NCBI GenBank assembly: GCA_040954595.2
Contig: CM082576.2
Location: 1,433,403 to 1,497,402 of the forward strand
Length of the DNA stretch: 64,000 bases
Reading direction: 5' to 3'
From: Balanoglossus misakiensis
Lineage: Eukaryota; Animalia; Hemichordata
Shown: in pieces, positions 24,926 through 37,700 of the stretch
Layout of the letters: every line of letters begins with the position of its first letter
How positions within the stretch are numbered: the first letter of the stretch is position 1
Program-made: the position numbers and the translations under genes
The notes under the pieces: model-generated
What the model was told of the DNA's origin: nothing
The model's input: only the letters and a program-made list of their open reading frames with translations
Databases searched by the model: none

Positions 24926-27546
24926 TTACAACTGATTCATGATTTCATTGGACAGACTGCAGGTCAGACCGGTGCCATCTGGTTCCACGTTTAAGTGTTT
25001 GATGACACTATCCTCAACTATCATGGAAAATCTGCAAGGCAATGCAACAAAGAAATCAATCTAAATTTCAAGTCAAACTTGTCAAAAAACAAAACAACCC
25101 AAGGACTTGGATATCACATTAAAAAAATTAACGGAATTTAGATCTGTATAAAGGGACTTTTAATTTTAACGTTTGAAAATAAAATCAGATTTCCTTCCAT
25201 TACTAAGGAAACAGTGAGATGAGGAACTTACCGTAATTATTCCTGAAATTCGACCACTGTAATAATTTGACCACCCCTATTTTGGGGGATAATATTTTTT
25301 TATTGCGACTCTAGGGCGGCTATAGCTCGCGTTGTCATTCATGCATGCATGCCTGACAGTCTAATTTGTTAATTTTCTCATCGTAGTTACGTAGAACATT
25401 TATTTTGAAAAAGCCTTGCAGATGTCATGACGTAGCAAACTACGCTGAAAATTACAGGTCAAAAGTAACGAAAAACAAAAGTAAAATTTACGAATCCGGA
25501 CGATTTCAAATCATAATTATTAAACTCAGGACAAATTATAGGAATAGTTACGGTACTTACACTGGGTGCATTTTTACAGAGATCTAATAACATTTGCGTC
25601 AGCCTAAAAGATTGGCTTGGTGCTTTACAGCATTGCTTGGTGGATACAACTGTTTTGAAGACAAACATCACCAGACAGCCTGATTTCATTATTGTGTGAG
25701 TGTGTGTACGTGTTGGGGGATGGGGATGGGGGAGGGGGAGTGGGGGGAGAGGTACATTACCGTTTTGAGCGCACATTGCCCAGGAATGGAGTAGCATCCA
25801 GTTCAAGATCCAAGGCCTGTAATGATAAAATAAAAATAAATGACATGGAATCAAGTGGATTCTTAGCAAATCTCTTCAACATATCAAAATGAAACCCGTG
25901 AGAAGGTATATGAACAGACATATTACTTTTGTGACAGATAACAACGTAAACCCATTGTTTCCTTTGTCAGTTTTTAAATATAGTCCACTAGATCATTCTC
26001 ATGACAATACAAACAGAATAATAATTTCTTTGTCCTTTGGGGTATTATTGACTTATAGAAATTAGAGGTATTGAAAGTAAAACAAGAGAGAAAAAATGTC
26101 ATACCTTGGCCAAGTCACCTTTATAATCAGCCAACATACGAATCTGTGACAAAGGGAAAAAGTATAAACAGTTTTATAGAAGTGGGAATAGTAAACTGAT
26201 ACAGTGATGGTATCAAACTGCAACTGACATCATTATTTGTAAAGAACTGGATCACAACTCAAATTACCTTTCCACTTGCAGAATGGGCTTCACCCCATGC
26301 AGCCATCACAAAAGCATCATTGACAGAGACACAAGCTATGATATCTACTCCCTTGGCTTTCAGTTTGTCAAAGTCTGCAACATAGCCTGGCAAGTGAGTC
26401 TGAAATATAAAAAAAATCATTTACTGTATTAATACTAGACACTTTGTTGACACAAGAAACAACAGAAATTGTTTGTAATGATGTACATTGTTACAGTTTT
26501 TGTGTGCTTTTGACTTCCTAGCAACATTGTCCTATGAGATTGAATAAACTTGCAGGGGCAGATGGGACAGTACAGTTGGAACAAGGTTGACAGTAAAAGC
26601 ATTCTTTGAAGACCAAATATATGCCTTAGTGTCTCACCTTGGAACATCCTGGAGTGAATGCTCCCGGCACAGCAAAGATGATACCTTTCTTGCCAGCAAA
26701 CAATTCTGCAATGTTGACTTTACTTCCTGGTGTATCCTCATGAAGATCCACACTGGGAAGCTTATCACCAACCTGAATATGGTTTACATGTAACAAAGTG
26801 ACAAGTCATGGTTACAAATTAGCTCACTAATATTGCTCACATATATGGTCTGATTCCAATCATTATAAGGCGTATATTTCCAAAATTCAATGAACAGGCA
26901 TGGAGTGCTATTTAATTAAAACAAGTGTCCGATACAACGGGACCGACTCTCAATTTGCCCCACAGGCGCTTGCACTGTTGCTAGGGTATTGAGGCCGATG
27001 ACCGAGAATGTATATACCGATATATATAATATAAAGGCCTCAAACTTTCGGGCATTTGCTCCCAATAGACTACCCCAAACAATAAATTATGCGAGCTCGG
27101 GCGCGTATGCCCGCCCCCCCCCCCCCCCCCCCCCCTCCCGTCCAGAACCTCAACCCCGGCCAAGAACTTCAATTTCAACGTTAACTTTATACTATAATAC
27201 TTTAACTATATGCATAAAATTTGCCATATAAACCGCATTTCAAAATGCTTAGTTCAGAACAAGTTCAAAGTTTATTATCAACAGCGTCACTTCTGGTGTC
27301 ACGGTACGCACGCCCACCACGTGTCCATCACCATGACCAACAGGAAACGAGTTTGCAAAAATTCCTGCTGCTGTCTTCGCTTGCAAACGGGAGCTGTTCT
27401 GTACTTATCATGCAACGAACCATACTCAGCGCTTAACCTAAAAAGGCTATGTAAAACGACAATTCCGTTACCTTGACGGGCATTCTGAGGGCTGAGGCTG
27501 TGAAGAAGGACCGTGAAAGTGTTCTCAGAGCTGCAGAAGACAACAT
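24926..27546 (-). CDS. PRDX5: Peroxiredoxin-5 (atypical 2-Cys), mitochondrial precursor, 6 exons
   Basis: Exons 27472-27546, 26638-26772, 26268-26399, 26105-26143, 25761-25816, 24926-25031. MLSSAALRTLSRSFFTASALR-MPVKVGDKLP; active site VPGAFTPGCSKTHLPGY; CVSVNDAFVMAAW; RMLAD; resolving Cys in EPDGTGLTCSLS; ends NQL*. Confidence 0.96.
25229..25555. mobile_element. TA-flanked MITE (Tc1/mariner-pogo-type ends) in the last PRDX5 intron
   Basis: Left end TACCGTAATTATTCCT; right end AGGAATAGTTACGGTA, whose reverse complement TACCGTAACTATTCCT differs at 1 position; TA at both ends. Confidence 0.7.
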
Positions 27547-27985
27547 CAGCACCTTTACGTAAGATACCTGCTTTTGGAGTGACAACCTGCGCTACATAGA
27601 GGGCGGTGTTTCCCATGTGGACGGCCGGTCGATGGCCGACGTCTACAAATATTGAAATAAACACATGATTGTGTATTCATTGTGTGTCAACAATATACTT
27701 TGCACTTTATCTCTCTTGCTTATATCCAATAAAGCATAGAATTTAGAAATTATCTCTCATGCGATAAATCAGAATTTAGAAATCAAAGTACATATTCCCA
27801 TCATTGACTTCTGCTACTTTGCCCAGGAATTTTCAATGTTCTTTCTCTTTTTGCAATGACAGTACTATGATGGACCAACGTTAACCCATATGAAGTAAAA
27901 AGAATGGTTAAACACTTCTAAAACCATTTTTTCGTGCTGAAAGTTGTCCAAATAATATCCAAATGCATTTCGCGGTTGTTCTCAA

Positions 27986-28001
27986 TAGCGCCCTCTGACA
28001 G
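27986..28001 (-). promoter_or_regulatory. CTCF-like motif between the PRDX5 5' end and the PPP1R21 3' end
   Basis: Reverse complement CTGTCAGAGGGCGCTA resembles the CTCF core (CCANNAGRGGGCGCTA). Confidence 0.35.
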
Positions 28002-28740
28002 AAAAAAACTACATTTCGTTTGTTTTCTACGTTTGCGACCATGATTTGAGCATGAACGTTAGGAACTTCTATGCAGCATGCAAAGCAAAAGCCCTCTTAT
28101 CGCATGATGTTGGTCACGAATGAAGCAATGACACTGTTCCACAGTAAATCAAACTATACACTACCACTTTTGAGCCAAACTTCAGGATGTAAGAGTAGTG
28201 TTATCATCCTGATACAGTCTTCAACAACATTAGTACAAAATCCAGACTACAATAGATTGCAGATTCAGGCCTTGACAGATGTTTAATTCTGCATAAGAAT
28301 GTTTTCTATCCTGATACATTACTTCTGATACATAGTACATGTACTACACATTACGGCACTCGATAGACAACTGATTTCATACGTCAAATTACAATATAAA
28401 AGTCATGACATGATTAATAAACGTTGCTTGACAGTGTTTACATAATTAATGCTCATAATTTATATGCTCTATGAAAAGAAATATGGCAATATACTTACTG
28501 AATATAAGTGACACAAACTGTACAAAAAAATTCCATTGGCAAACAGCGTACACTGTTGTCACTTTTATATTTTCTGTATGAGTTTTGGATTCCATGCAAC
28601 TCCATCCAATCAATATTGCTAATCAAATCAAGCATGAGTTTATTTTGAAGTTTACATTTCATACTGTCAGAAAAAAACACAATTTGAACATCACATGATC
28701 AGTTGCACATTTATCTTTAAAAACATACAATGGTGAAACT

Positions 28741-31700
28741 TCACTTGTTTCTTCCTTTCTTGTTGGAAGGCTGCAATAAAAAAAAGAAAAGAATTGACAG
28801 TGAATTAAAAGTTTAAAGGAGAAACCATATCTGAGGTTTTGTGAGAATAAACTTGGTGACCCTTGAGGAGCCACTTTTCACAATCAGTGAAGAAAATCAT
28901 GATATTGATGGGAAAATGGAAAATTATACATTCTAACTTCTTAAAAAAATGTTTTTGTTTGCTATTTGGCTTATACATTGTTGACATTTTCAACATGGTT
29001 TTCCATAAAATATCACAGACTCATAGACACTGGCCTGAATAAACATCAACACACACCCCAGACACAGACACACACAGCCCTGTGTCTGTCATATTGTTTA
29101 CCTTGGACGTTGCTGTCATTTTCAATGCATCAATTTCATCTTTCTGAGATGTTAACTGTTCATTCATACTACAAAGATGATCACTCATCATACTCAGTTG
29201 GGATTCATAGCTACGAGTTGTTGTCTGAAGTTCATCCTGAAAATAAATCCAATGATAACGGTTGGAAAACATGATTCCAAATTTCTTAGGCAAACGAAAT
29301 TTTTTCCAGAAGGAATATAAATCATTGCAGTCCATCTAATGTAAATTTTCCCTTTGATGACAAAAAAATGGATAAGTGTTAGTTTCCATACTCCTGGCCT
29401 TACCTTTAGTTGTGCAATTTGTTGACTAGATGTGGCTATCTCTCCTTGAAGTTTTTCTTTTCCTTTGTCTGTTATATTAAGTCGTTTTTGCAATGCACGG
29501 CACTGAAAGTAACCATACAACAGTACAAAAAGGTTATAAATATGATGAGTTTGACCAAATTCAGAGCATTTTATTTTAATAGTTTTAATTTATGGCCTTA
29601 TGGAAAAATTCAATTGGTACCCCTGCCTTGAAAAACATTTTTTCTTCTTCGTCTTTCAGTTTTATCACCAGGAAGGTTCATATTGTTGTCTGTAGTCAAA
29701 TGGTTTGTTCCATCCACTATACAAGACAATAGGAAGGTTATATAGCAATCCAAATGAAGTGCCCATGGACCAATAGATTGAGGTCTGTGTTGACCTTGCG
29801 TTGTTTTGGAATAAGTATGAAAGTGGATGTCATTATTTGAATAATATGAATCAAATGACATTTGGAAACACTCCTCACTAAGTACACACACAGTTACACT
29901 AAAAGCCCTGATATAATGAACTCCATTCTGCTAGCAGTTCATTATTATATATCTACTTAGGTTTTGGATTGTATTATCTGAAATAAAAGTATTCATAGTA
30001 CACCTTCCCAGCCTTATTCAGTGTAGTGCATGGCTCATTCTTATAATACCAAAAAATTATGTTGGATTTAAGGCAGAAAACATCCATTAAAGAAGTATGG
30101 AAGAAACCAAGTTGTGGAAGGGGGTTCGGGTTGTGAGCCGTTTTAAAGGTTGAAACAAAGTAACTGTTTTACGATCATATGAAATGTTATAGGATCACCT
30201 ATGCCATCAGTGGGGTTAAATACAGAAAGTTTTATGTTCCACTAAAAGCAACAAAAGAGTAGAGAGCATGGAGACATTGTTAATAATGCTCTCACCCATG
30301 ATTGAGCTTCTAATAGAGTACACTGACTCAGATTAGTGCATTGACCAGATAGAAAAGTACAAAACTCTTGTTAAACGATGTCTTTCAACCCTGGGATTTG
30401 CACTCCGGGAATTCTAGTGGGCAGATTTCAACTGAGTCTGACATTAATTGCTTGTAAAGTACACGTAGTCAGAATAATTCAATACTACTATTTTAGATTT
30501 CCTCCTAACCATGCAGTGCATATTGCCTTGTGTCATACTGCCATGTCTAAAAACAAAAAAACGAAGACAGACAGACAGACTCACTGATATCAGAATGCAG
30601 AAATAATCTGTATGGTAATTGTCCTTATGACAGCCGGTCTGACATTGTACAAATAGACTGAGCGTGAAATGTGTATTCTGATGATGTCATGTCTCAGAGG
30701 ATAAAAAGTCCTTGCCATTAGATAGTCTGCAGGGGAAGGCGAAGGTACTTTCCACTTTGTGTCAATGCTCTGAACGTAATTACGACAGGGGAAGGCCTTA
30801 TTACTTTAGCTTTGGCGTAAATGCAGTGGGAAGGACCATACTGCTATGTACATTATCTGGTAATACCGCTGTGTAAATTCATCAACCCAGAAAAAATTCA
30901 GAAAATCGACGAATGTCAATAAAATGACGGCTTTAAGGTCATACAATTGTTGAGAAATATTGTTACATTTAGGGTGGGAGAGAACTAAATTCTTGATCTG
31001 CTGAAACAACAGGCGAAACATTTCTTTCTAATTTAAAATATTGGATTATAAAAAGACGATGTTGGGGTAGACAGTTCCCAAATGGTACGTCAAATAATCA
31101 TTTTTCCTCCGTTTTTCAAGATATCCCTGTGTACTAATCTATTGATCCACTATGAATATGCCTCTCTTCAATGGAATGCCCTATAAAATTTGGTTTCAAC
31201 AGTCTGACTATAGCCTGAGGGATCGGAACAACCGCCCAGGCCATTACCATAGTAACACAGTTGAAAACATCACAGTGGAACATACCATTTGTAGGGGAGG
31301 AAGACCATGTCATTTGGGTCTGCTTGACTTTTGCTTCAATATAATTAAACATGAAACTGATGCTTGCCCTTCAAGCGACCTGGTTTGTGGGTCATGTCAA
31401 GCAAGGCAAGGTCATTTGTATGATTAATTGTAGTGTGGTCTGATACCTCAATCTCTTGGTCTAATTGAAACAGCTGCTTAATTCTTGTCCCAGAACTGTG
31501 ACCTAGGAAGGTATGATTGAGAGAACATGACCCACAAAAACAACACATATATGTCATTAATGATGCTTGTCACACTTGTTCAAGATTTTAAGGGTGAAAG
31601 TGGTCTAATTCTTCCTCCAAGGACCCTTTGGACCCTGACCTGACCTTGAACCTGGGGGTGGGGGAGGGCAAAAGCGACCATAGCGAGACACATTGTCACC

Positions 31701-34700
31701 ACAAAATACATGCACATTCAATTTTGCTTTTAATTTTAGACCTGACTTTATAGAGATGGACCAAAATCCTCACCTGCATATGATACCTGTATCATGGACA
31801 GAAATAAGACCAAATGCCGACATGAAAGAATCTGAGTATGAAAAATTAATATCTTCACAGGAGTAGAGGCCAGCCTTGGCAATGTTCAATTTTACTTGCT
31901 AATAAAATTTACATTTTTGAATGATTATGTAATTCATTTAATGATTATATAATAATGAAGTATGCTGGGGCTCAAAAACTTGTACGGTTTCTTCAAACTC
32001 CGACCCCATCCAACATAGTGGTCTGGCTGGCACACATAAAGGTGACCCAGTTTATCCTTTGTGTAAATGGGCCATTCCATTTTGTTTGTCCTGCTACCAA
32101 CCCGATATCTAATGGAACGGTCTGACTGCTGTCCTTCAACTAACCTTTGTTGCAGGGTAGAAAAAAGGGTCTGTGGTAAAAAAAAAGTACAGCTTGGCTT
32201 CAAATACGCGTCTGATGTCACTGCCCCCGAAGAAGAAGAAACATTATGGAGACAAACAATTCACGCAGTGCAGTCTCTTTTCGCTGAAGTTTTCTCTAGC
32301 CTAACTTACCTGATATATTACTCGAAAAAGCAAAGTTTCCCAGAAGATTTTTTAAAACCAAAAATGACAGTGACAAAAATCACTACAAACAATGAATAAA
32401 ATATACAAGATCCATAAAGGTACTTGCAGACTAATTTCAGCTCCCATACATAATAAATTATAACAGGATATTAATAGTTTGACAATAAATTCACTGAACA
32501 GATCAATGAATTTACAAATATTTCCCATGATTCCCTGAAGGACACACCAACCTTTGATTGCCCAAAGCTAAATGTGGCCTACGACCTAGTTACGTGTGTC
32601 CTACGGCCGGGATACAACCTAGACATATGACACGACAGTCTATCTTGGCACCTTGCGTATCTGAGACAAAAAGGTTGACAAACTCTGTTCACTTTCACCA
32701 TATATGACCTCAATCATAAAATAGATATGATGGCAACAGACTTTCTGCAATTAGAATAGTCTCTAAAGTGCATTTAACTCAGGTCAGATAGATTCCAGTG
32801 CAAGCTGTGTTTAACTAATAGTCTGGAAAGTGATTCATGATGTAATGGGAGCGATGGAGAATGAATATGAAGTGTGCCTCACAGAAACAGTATACCTGCA
32901 GCAGTATACACCCTGTCCCTTGAATGAACTCATAATGTACCATTAGGAATGAACCCTGTATTCTGGTTTGTAGTCTATCAGAAAATTTATCAGCTAGATG
33001 ACACTAACGAACATACACACAGCCATCACCTGAAGACATCTTTTGTATCCAATAACATGATAATGTATCAGGTTTTATCGCTTGAATAGCTGTTTGTAGT
33101 TTTACCCATATAATCAATAATTTACACGACAGCTGCATCTGACCCTTTAACCTCCTGTAACATTGTCATTCTGATATTTTCTGGATCAAAGCAGCAGAAA
33201 ATCATTTGTATATCTCTGTTCTTGATGTGTGTCTTCTCACAGTCTAATGCTACGTCAGATTATGTACAGAGAAGAATTTCACTCCTTCATGTCAGTTACT
33301 CCTACATACATGTACATTAATGTCACAATTCCACATTTGAAATTTTCAGAATGGAATGAAAATTCCTTGGACCCTTTAGCTACTGTAAAAAGGCATTATT
33401 GACACAAATGACAAATGTGTATGTTGATACAGAACAGATCTAGGACAGTATAACCTGCTTTGTATGAGTCCTACATCTCTGTACTTCAGGCAAAACAGTT
33501 CTTGTGTCGTAAAGAATTATAGGAATAGGTTATAGGGGTGTCATATGCAATTAGAGGGCACACTGAACCTAGCCCTGGTTTTCTGCTGCCTTCGCTCAAA
33601 AACGAAGGCGGCCAAAAACTAGAGCTAGGCTACACTGATCCTAACTGCAGATACATGACATATTTGACATCAGACAAATATTACAATCCGTTAAAATTTA
33701 ATATCAAAGCTATGCTGACAGAGTTTCAAGTTTCCTGGTTTGCATGACAATCGAAACGCTGGAAAGCCAATGAATTAAGCAGAAGTAGGTTGGATATATT
33801 AAACCTTTTTAAAGCAGTGATTCATGCCCAAGCTAATGACTTATGTCTACAACACGAAAGGAAAGTAGGTTGTTTTCAATTTAATATTCATGCTAATCTG
33901 CATTTAAGTTGAATAACCTAGCATGTCTGTGGCTAATGCTTTTCAGATACAGGCCTCATTGTGATGAACTTTGGGTGTGTCACCAAAATCATCATTGCAC
34001 GAGGCTGACTGATTTTTACATTTACGTTGAGTCACTAGAAAACATTCATTGATCACAGCTCTTTCTCAGTCGATTTTTATTCTGAAAACCCAGAAGATTG
34101 TCTGACTTTTGTAAATGAAAGGAGAGAAAAGATGATCGGCTCATTCTTACATCATTATTATTTAACTCCTCCCTTTGACTGGCCTGGGACTACTCTGTGC
34201 ATGAATACGCTTGAAGCACAATTACTGTCTGGGTTCTTTTTCAATGCAGGGGCTGCAAAGCGTCCAGGGTGTCTGGAAAATTAGATGAATGTCATGGATA
34301 CTCGATTTCATTCAAAGATACTTTATTTTGAGGTCAGTCAACATTTCAAAAGATATAGATGTGTGTTTTTCAGAACGAAATGGAGCCACACTTGTTTTGT
34401 AAAAAGCATGTCAGGTTTCACCTTCCCCACGGTGGAATAAACCTATACAATAAGAGGGATCACAGCATTTGCGGGAAATATACTATTTATAGGGGGGTTC
34501 AGGTTGTGACGGTCAACCAGTGAAGCTGATTTTCTCAGGTTACATGACTCCAGGTCGGTCATGACAAGGACATCAACCTGACAATACACCTACTGTCATG
34601 GATGGCTGTGATTCACAGCTGAGGGATTGGGATTTTACAAACACTGGGAACAAGATTCATCCAGAGAGGAAAGCCAGGAATAAAGGGGATTACTGTCAAA

Positions 34701-37700
34701 AACCCCTCCAAGTTTACACCATCCATCCCTATGCATAAGTGGTTGAACCTTGCCCTACATATGCTAATTTCTCAGAGTGATGTCATACAAGGCTTCCACT
34801 CCATCATTGGACCAATCCCTAATAGGTTAACATTCTGGGTAACTGGAGTATATGGGCCAACTCAGCTCATTTGACTACAAGAGATGTGTCAACGTGTGGC
34901 CTAAAATGAGACAAGACTACACCAGAACTGGGCTAGGCCAATTGATAGCAACACAATTCAGTCAAACTAAATGGAATTAGAGCTTCCACCCTGACTTGTT
35001 GCATTAACTAGGTTAGGGAATTGTGCAATGGTTACATTGCAAATAATACTGACATAATATAACTGTGAATTTTATTCCTAGACTAGGATTGTTACAGCTG
35101 CTTCTAAAGACACATTTGAATGGAATCTGTGATACATTTATGGATATACATGTAAGGTCCTGTTGATGTTCATGTACCTATAATAAAAGTGTTTTCACTT
35201 CACATAAGTTGATACACCAATTCCCATCTCCAAAAAAAAATATCAAGTCATTTTTAATGACATAGTCCCCACTGGATTAATAGATTAGGAAAACATTGGA
35301 GGAATGTCTAAGACAAAGTTTCCAACAAAGTTTTTAGTTTGAATTAAAATGGTTCAGGCATGTCCAATGAACTGCTTCAGACACTTACAAAATGGCCGCC
35401 CATCAGCCACATTGGATCACTTCGCAACACCATCATAGTGCACTGGTCCTGTATCGAATTTGAATGAAAGTGGTCCAAGCATGTCTGAGTAATGGCTGGG
35501 TACAGAGGGACAGATGGACAGAACCCAATGTATTAGTCCCTCATACTTCACCTGCAGGGACTAAACAGTGTTCCACAAAAGTCAAATCCAGAAAGGACAA
35601 GATAAACATTGTTTTACCCAAACTAATTAACTCATGTTCCAATAATAGTATGAAAGTGGTAGCAAATGAAATTCTTTTTTGGGATCATCCCTACAGCTGC
35701 TACAGGATATAGAGTGGTAAGTGCCAAAAAATAGAGGTCAAGTATACCTGGTACTTGACACACTTTGATCATGGTTAATAATAGTTCACTGATTGAACTC
35801 AGTGACCTAAATAGTTCTGTCTTCCTTGACTTACTTGCTATGCAAAGAGCTGATGTTCTTACTCATGTTACCATATTTGGAAAGATGATGTCATGCATAC
35901 AATTAAACTTCCTATTGTTAGGTATTTCATTACTTGATGACAATGGCAATGGTTTGGTCACTGTACTATACATTTTCCATAAGTAACCAACCATGCCTCA
36001 GATACGCCTTCACTATCTCTGAAAAATGTTCTCTAACATCATATGGACCAATCACAGCAAGTGATACAAATTTCCTCTGTGAGCATACATCAGAGGTTTA
36101 AATTGGAGGGACCGTTGATATTGGACAATTATGACAAAAAACATTTTCAACCAAAAACGGCTGTCAGTGAATAACAATCTCGCAACAGTCAATTTGCCCC
36201 CCCCCCCCCCCCCTTAAAAATCTTCGCAGTGGAACTTGACCTGCAAACTCTACACTAACAGAGTGGTGCAAGCTCAAAAACAAAAGAAACACAGAATTGA
36301 ACACTGCTGGCAGACTATTGAAGTTTTGTAAAATCTGTTTAGCTAGAAATTATTCACAGACATTACAAATAGGCTTTCTGACCACCACATGGTCAGAACA
36401 CCAAGGAAATATCTGCGAGTTGGAGTAGGAGAACTTTAAAAGTTTCATGGTTCTTCAACTGTTCAATGATTACAATGGAATATATCAACAACATACACAG
36501 AAACCAATATAACAACAACCAGATATAGGTTCCCTGAATTTTGACACTATGACCATTCTTTATTACTCATCATCAAGCAGTGTGTTAATGAATTGTTAGT
36601 CATCAACCAGGGTCATCAACGGTCAAACTAATGGTCATTGCACTTAGACAGTGGTCAGTCAACTCTCCACTTGGTCATTCACCTTTCCCACCAGGATGTT
36701 GACCTTTTCCCGGCTGGTCAGTCACATTTCAGGATGGCCATCTCCTTGAGGTTCAGTAAATGGAATGTTCCAAGTACAGACATTGGTTGAGCTTCCCTAA
36801 TTTCCTAATGGAATGTTCTACATTTAAATAAATAATCACACAATTTAACGGTTGAGAGAACACCATGATAGTAATTAAAAAGTGGTGCAGAACATTCAAT
36901 TGGGAGTCAAGTTCTATAAAAATGTTCTTCTGTATAAATCAATTCTATTAACATGAAGAGCTTCAAGCTTACTGCATCCTTGCACAGTTTCCTGTTTGAA
37001 ATTATTCATGGGAAAGCTACATCATATACCGGTATATGTTTTTTGGTTGTACATCTGTCAGACCTAGCTGTCACATGGTCATTGTCAATGTTTCAAAATT
37101 GACAAAACCACAGATGGCTATTCCATGATTGAGACTGCACCACATTGTCTGAATACAAAAGCAGCCAAGAGTGTCTTAACCCCGAATGAGCTGTTCCCAG
37201 GCACTGAGATTGCTTACATGCCAGACACCACAGGCAAATGACGGGAATTCATTATCCAACACGGGTTCTATTGATTATTTTTGCATCACAAAGAGTTGGT
37301 CCTATAATCTGTCTGGCACAGTAGGAAAGTGTATGCTGCATTGTCAGACATCAATTAGGCCAGTGGCTATCAAACAAAAGTGATCTTTTTATTTTCTCTG
37401 TTCATTACTTTTATCAGCTGCTGAATATCACATATTTGGATTTTTTTTAAAAATGGTACACAATCCATTTTCTAGTACATAAAAATCCATGATGGATCTA
37501 TGTGGGGGAATGACAAATGCAAGAAATGGATGGCAAATAACTGATGACAATTTCTGAAGAATTCTCAGCTTTTTCAAGGTTGGAAATTCCCTCGCACCCC
37601 TGTTAGTGAAATGGGCAACACCATTGAAAATGGTTTGATCCAGAATAGCATGATGATTGATCAAACAAGGGCCAACGGTTACTAAGGAATCACCCCTATT

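Noticed and set aside
27299-27664. 121-aa ORF over PRDX5 exon 1
   Set aside because: Out of frame with the PRDX5 coding exon, runs into the intron and has no recognisable homology; kept only as a possible uORF.
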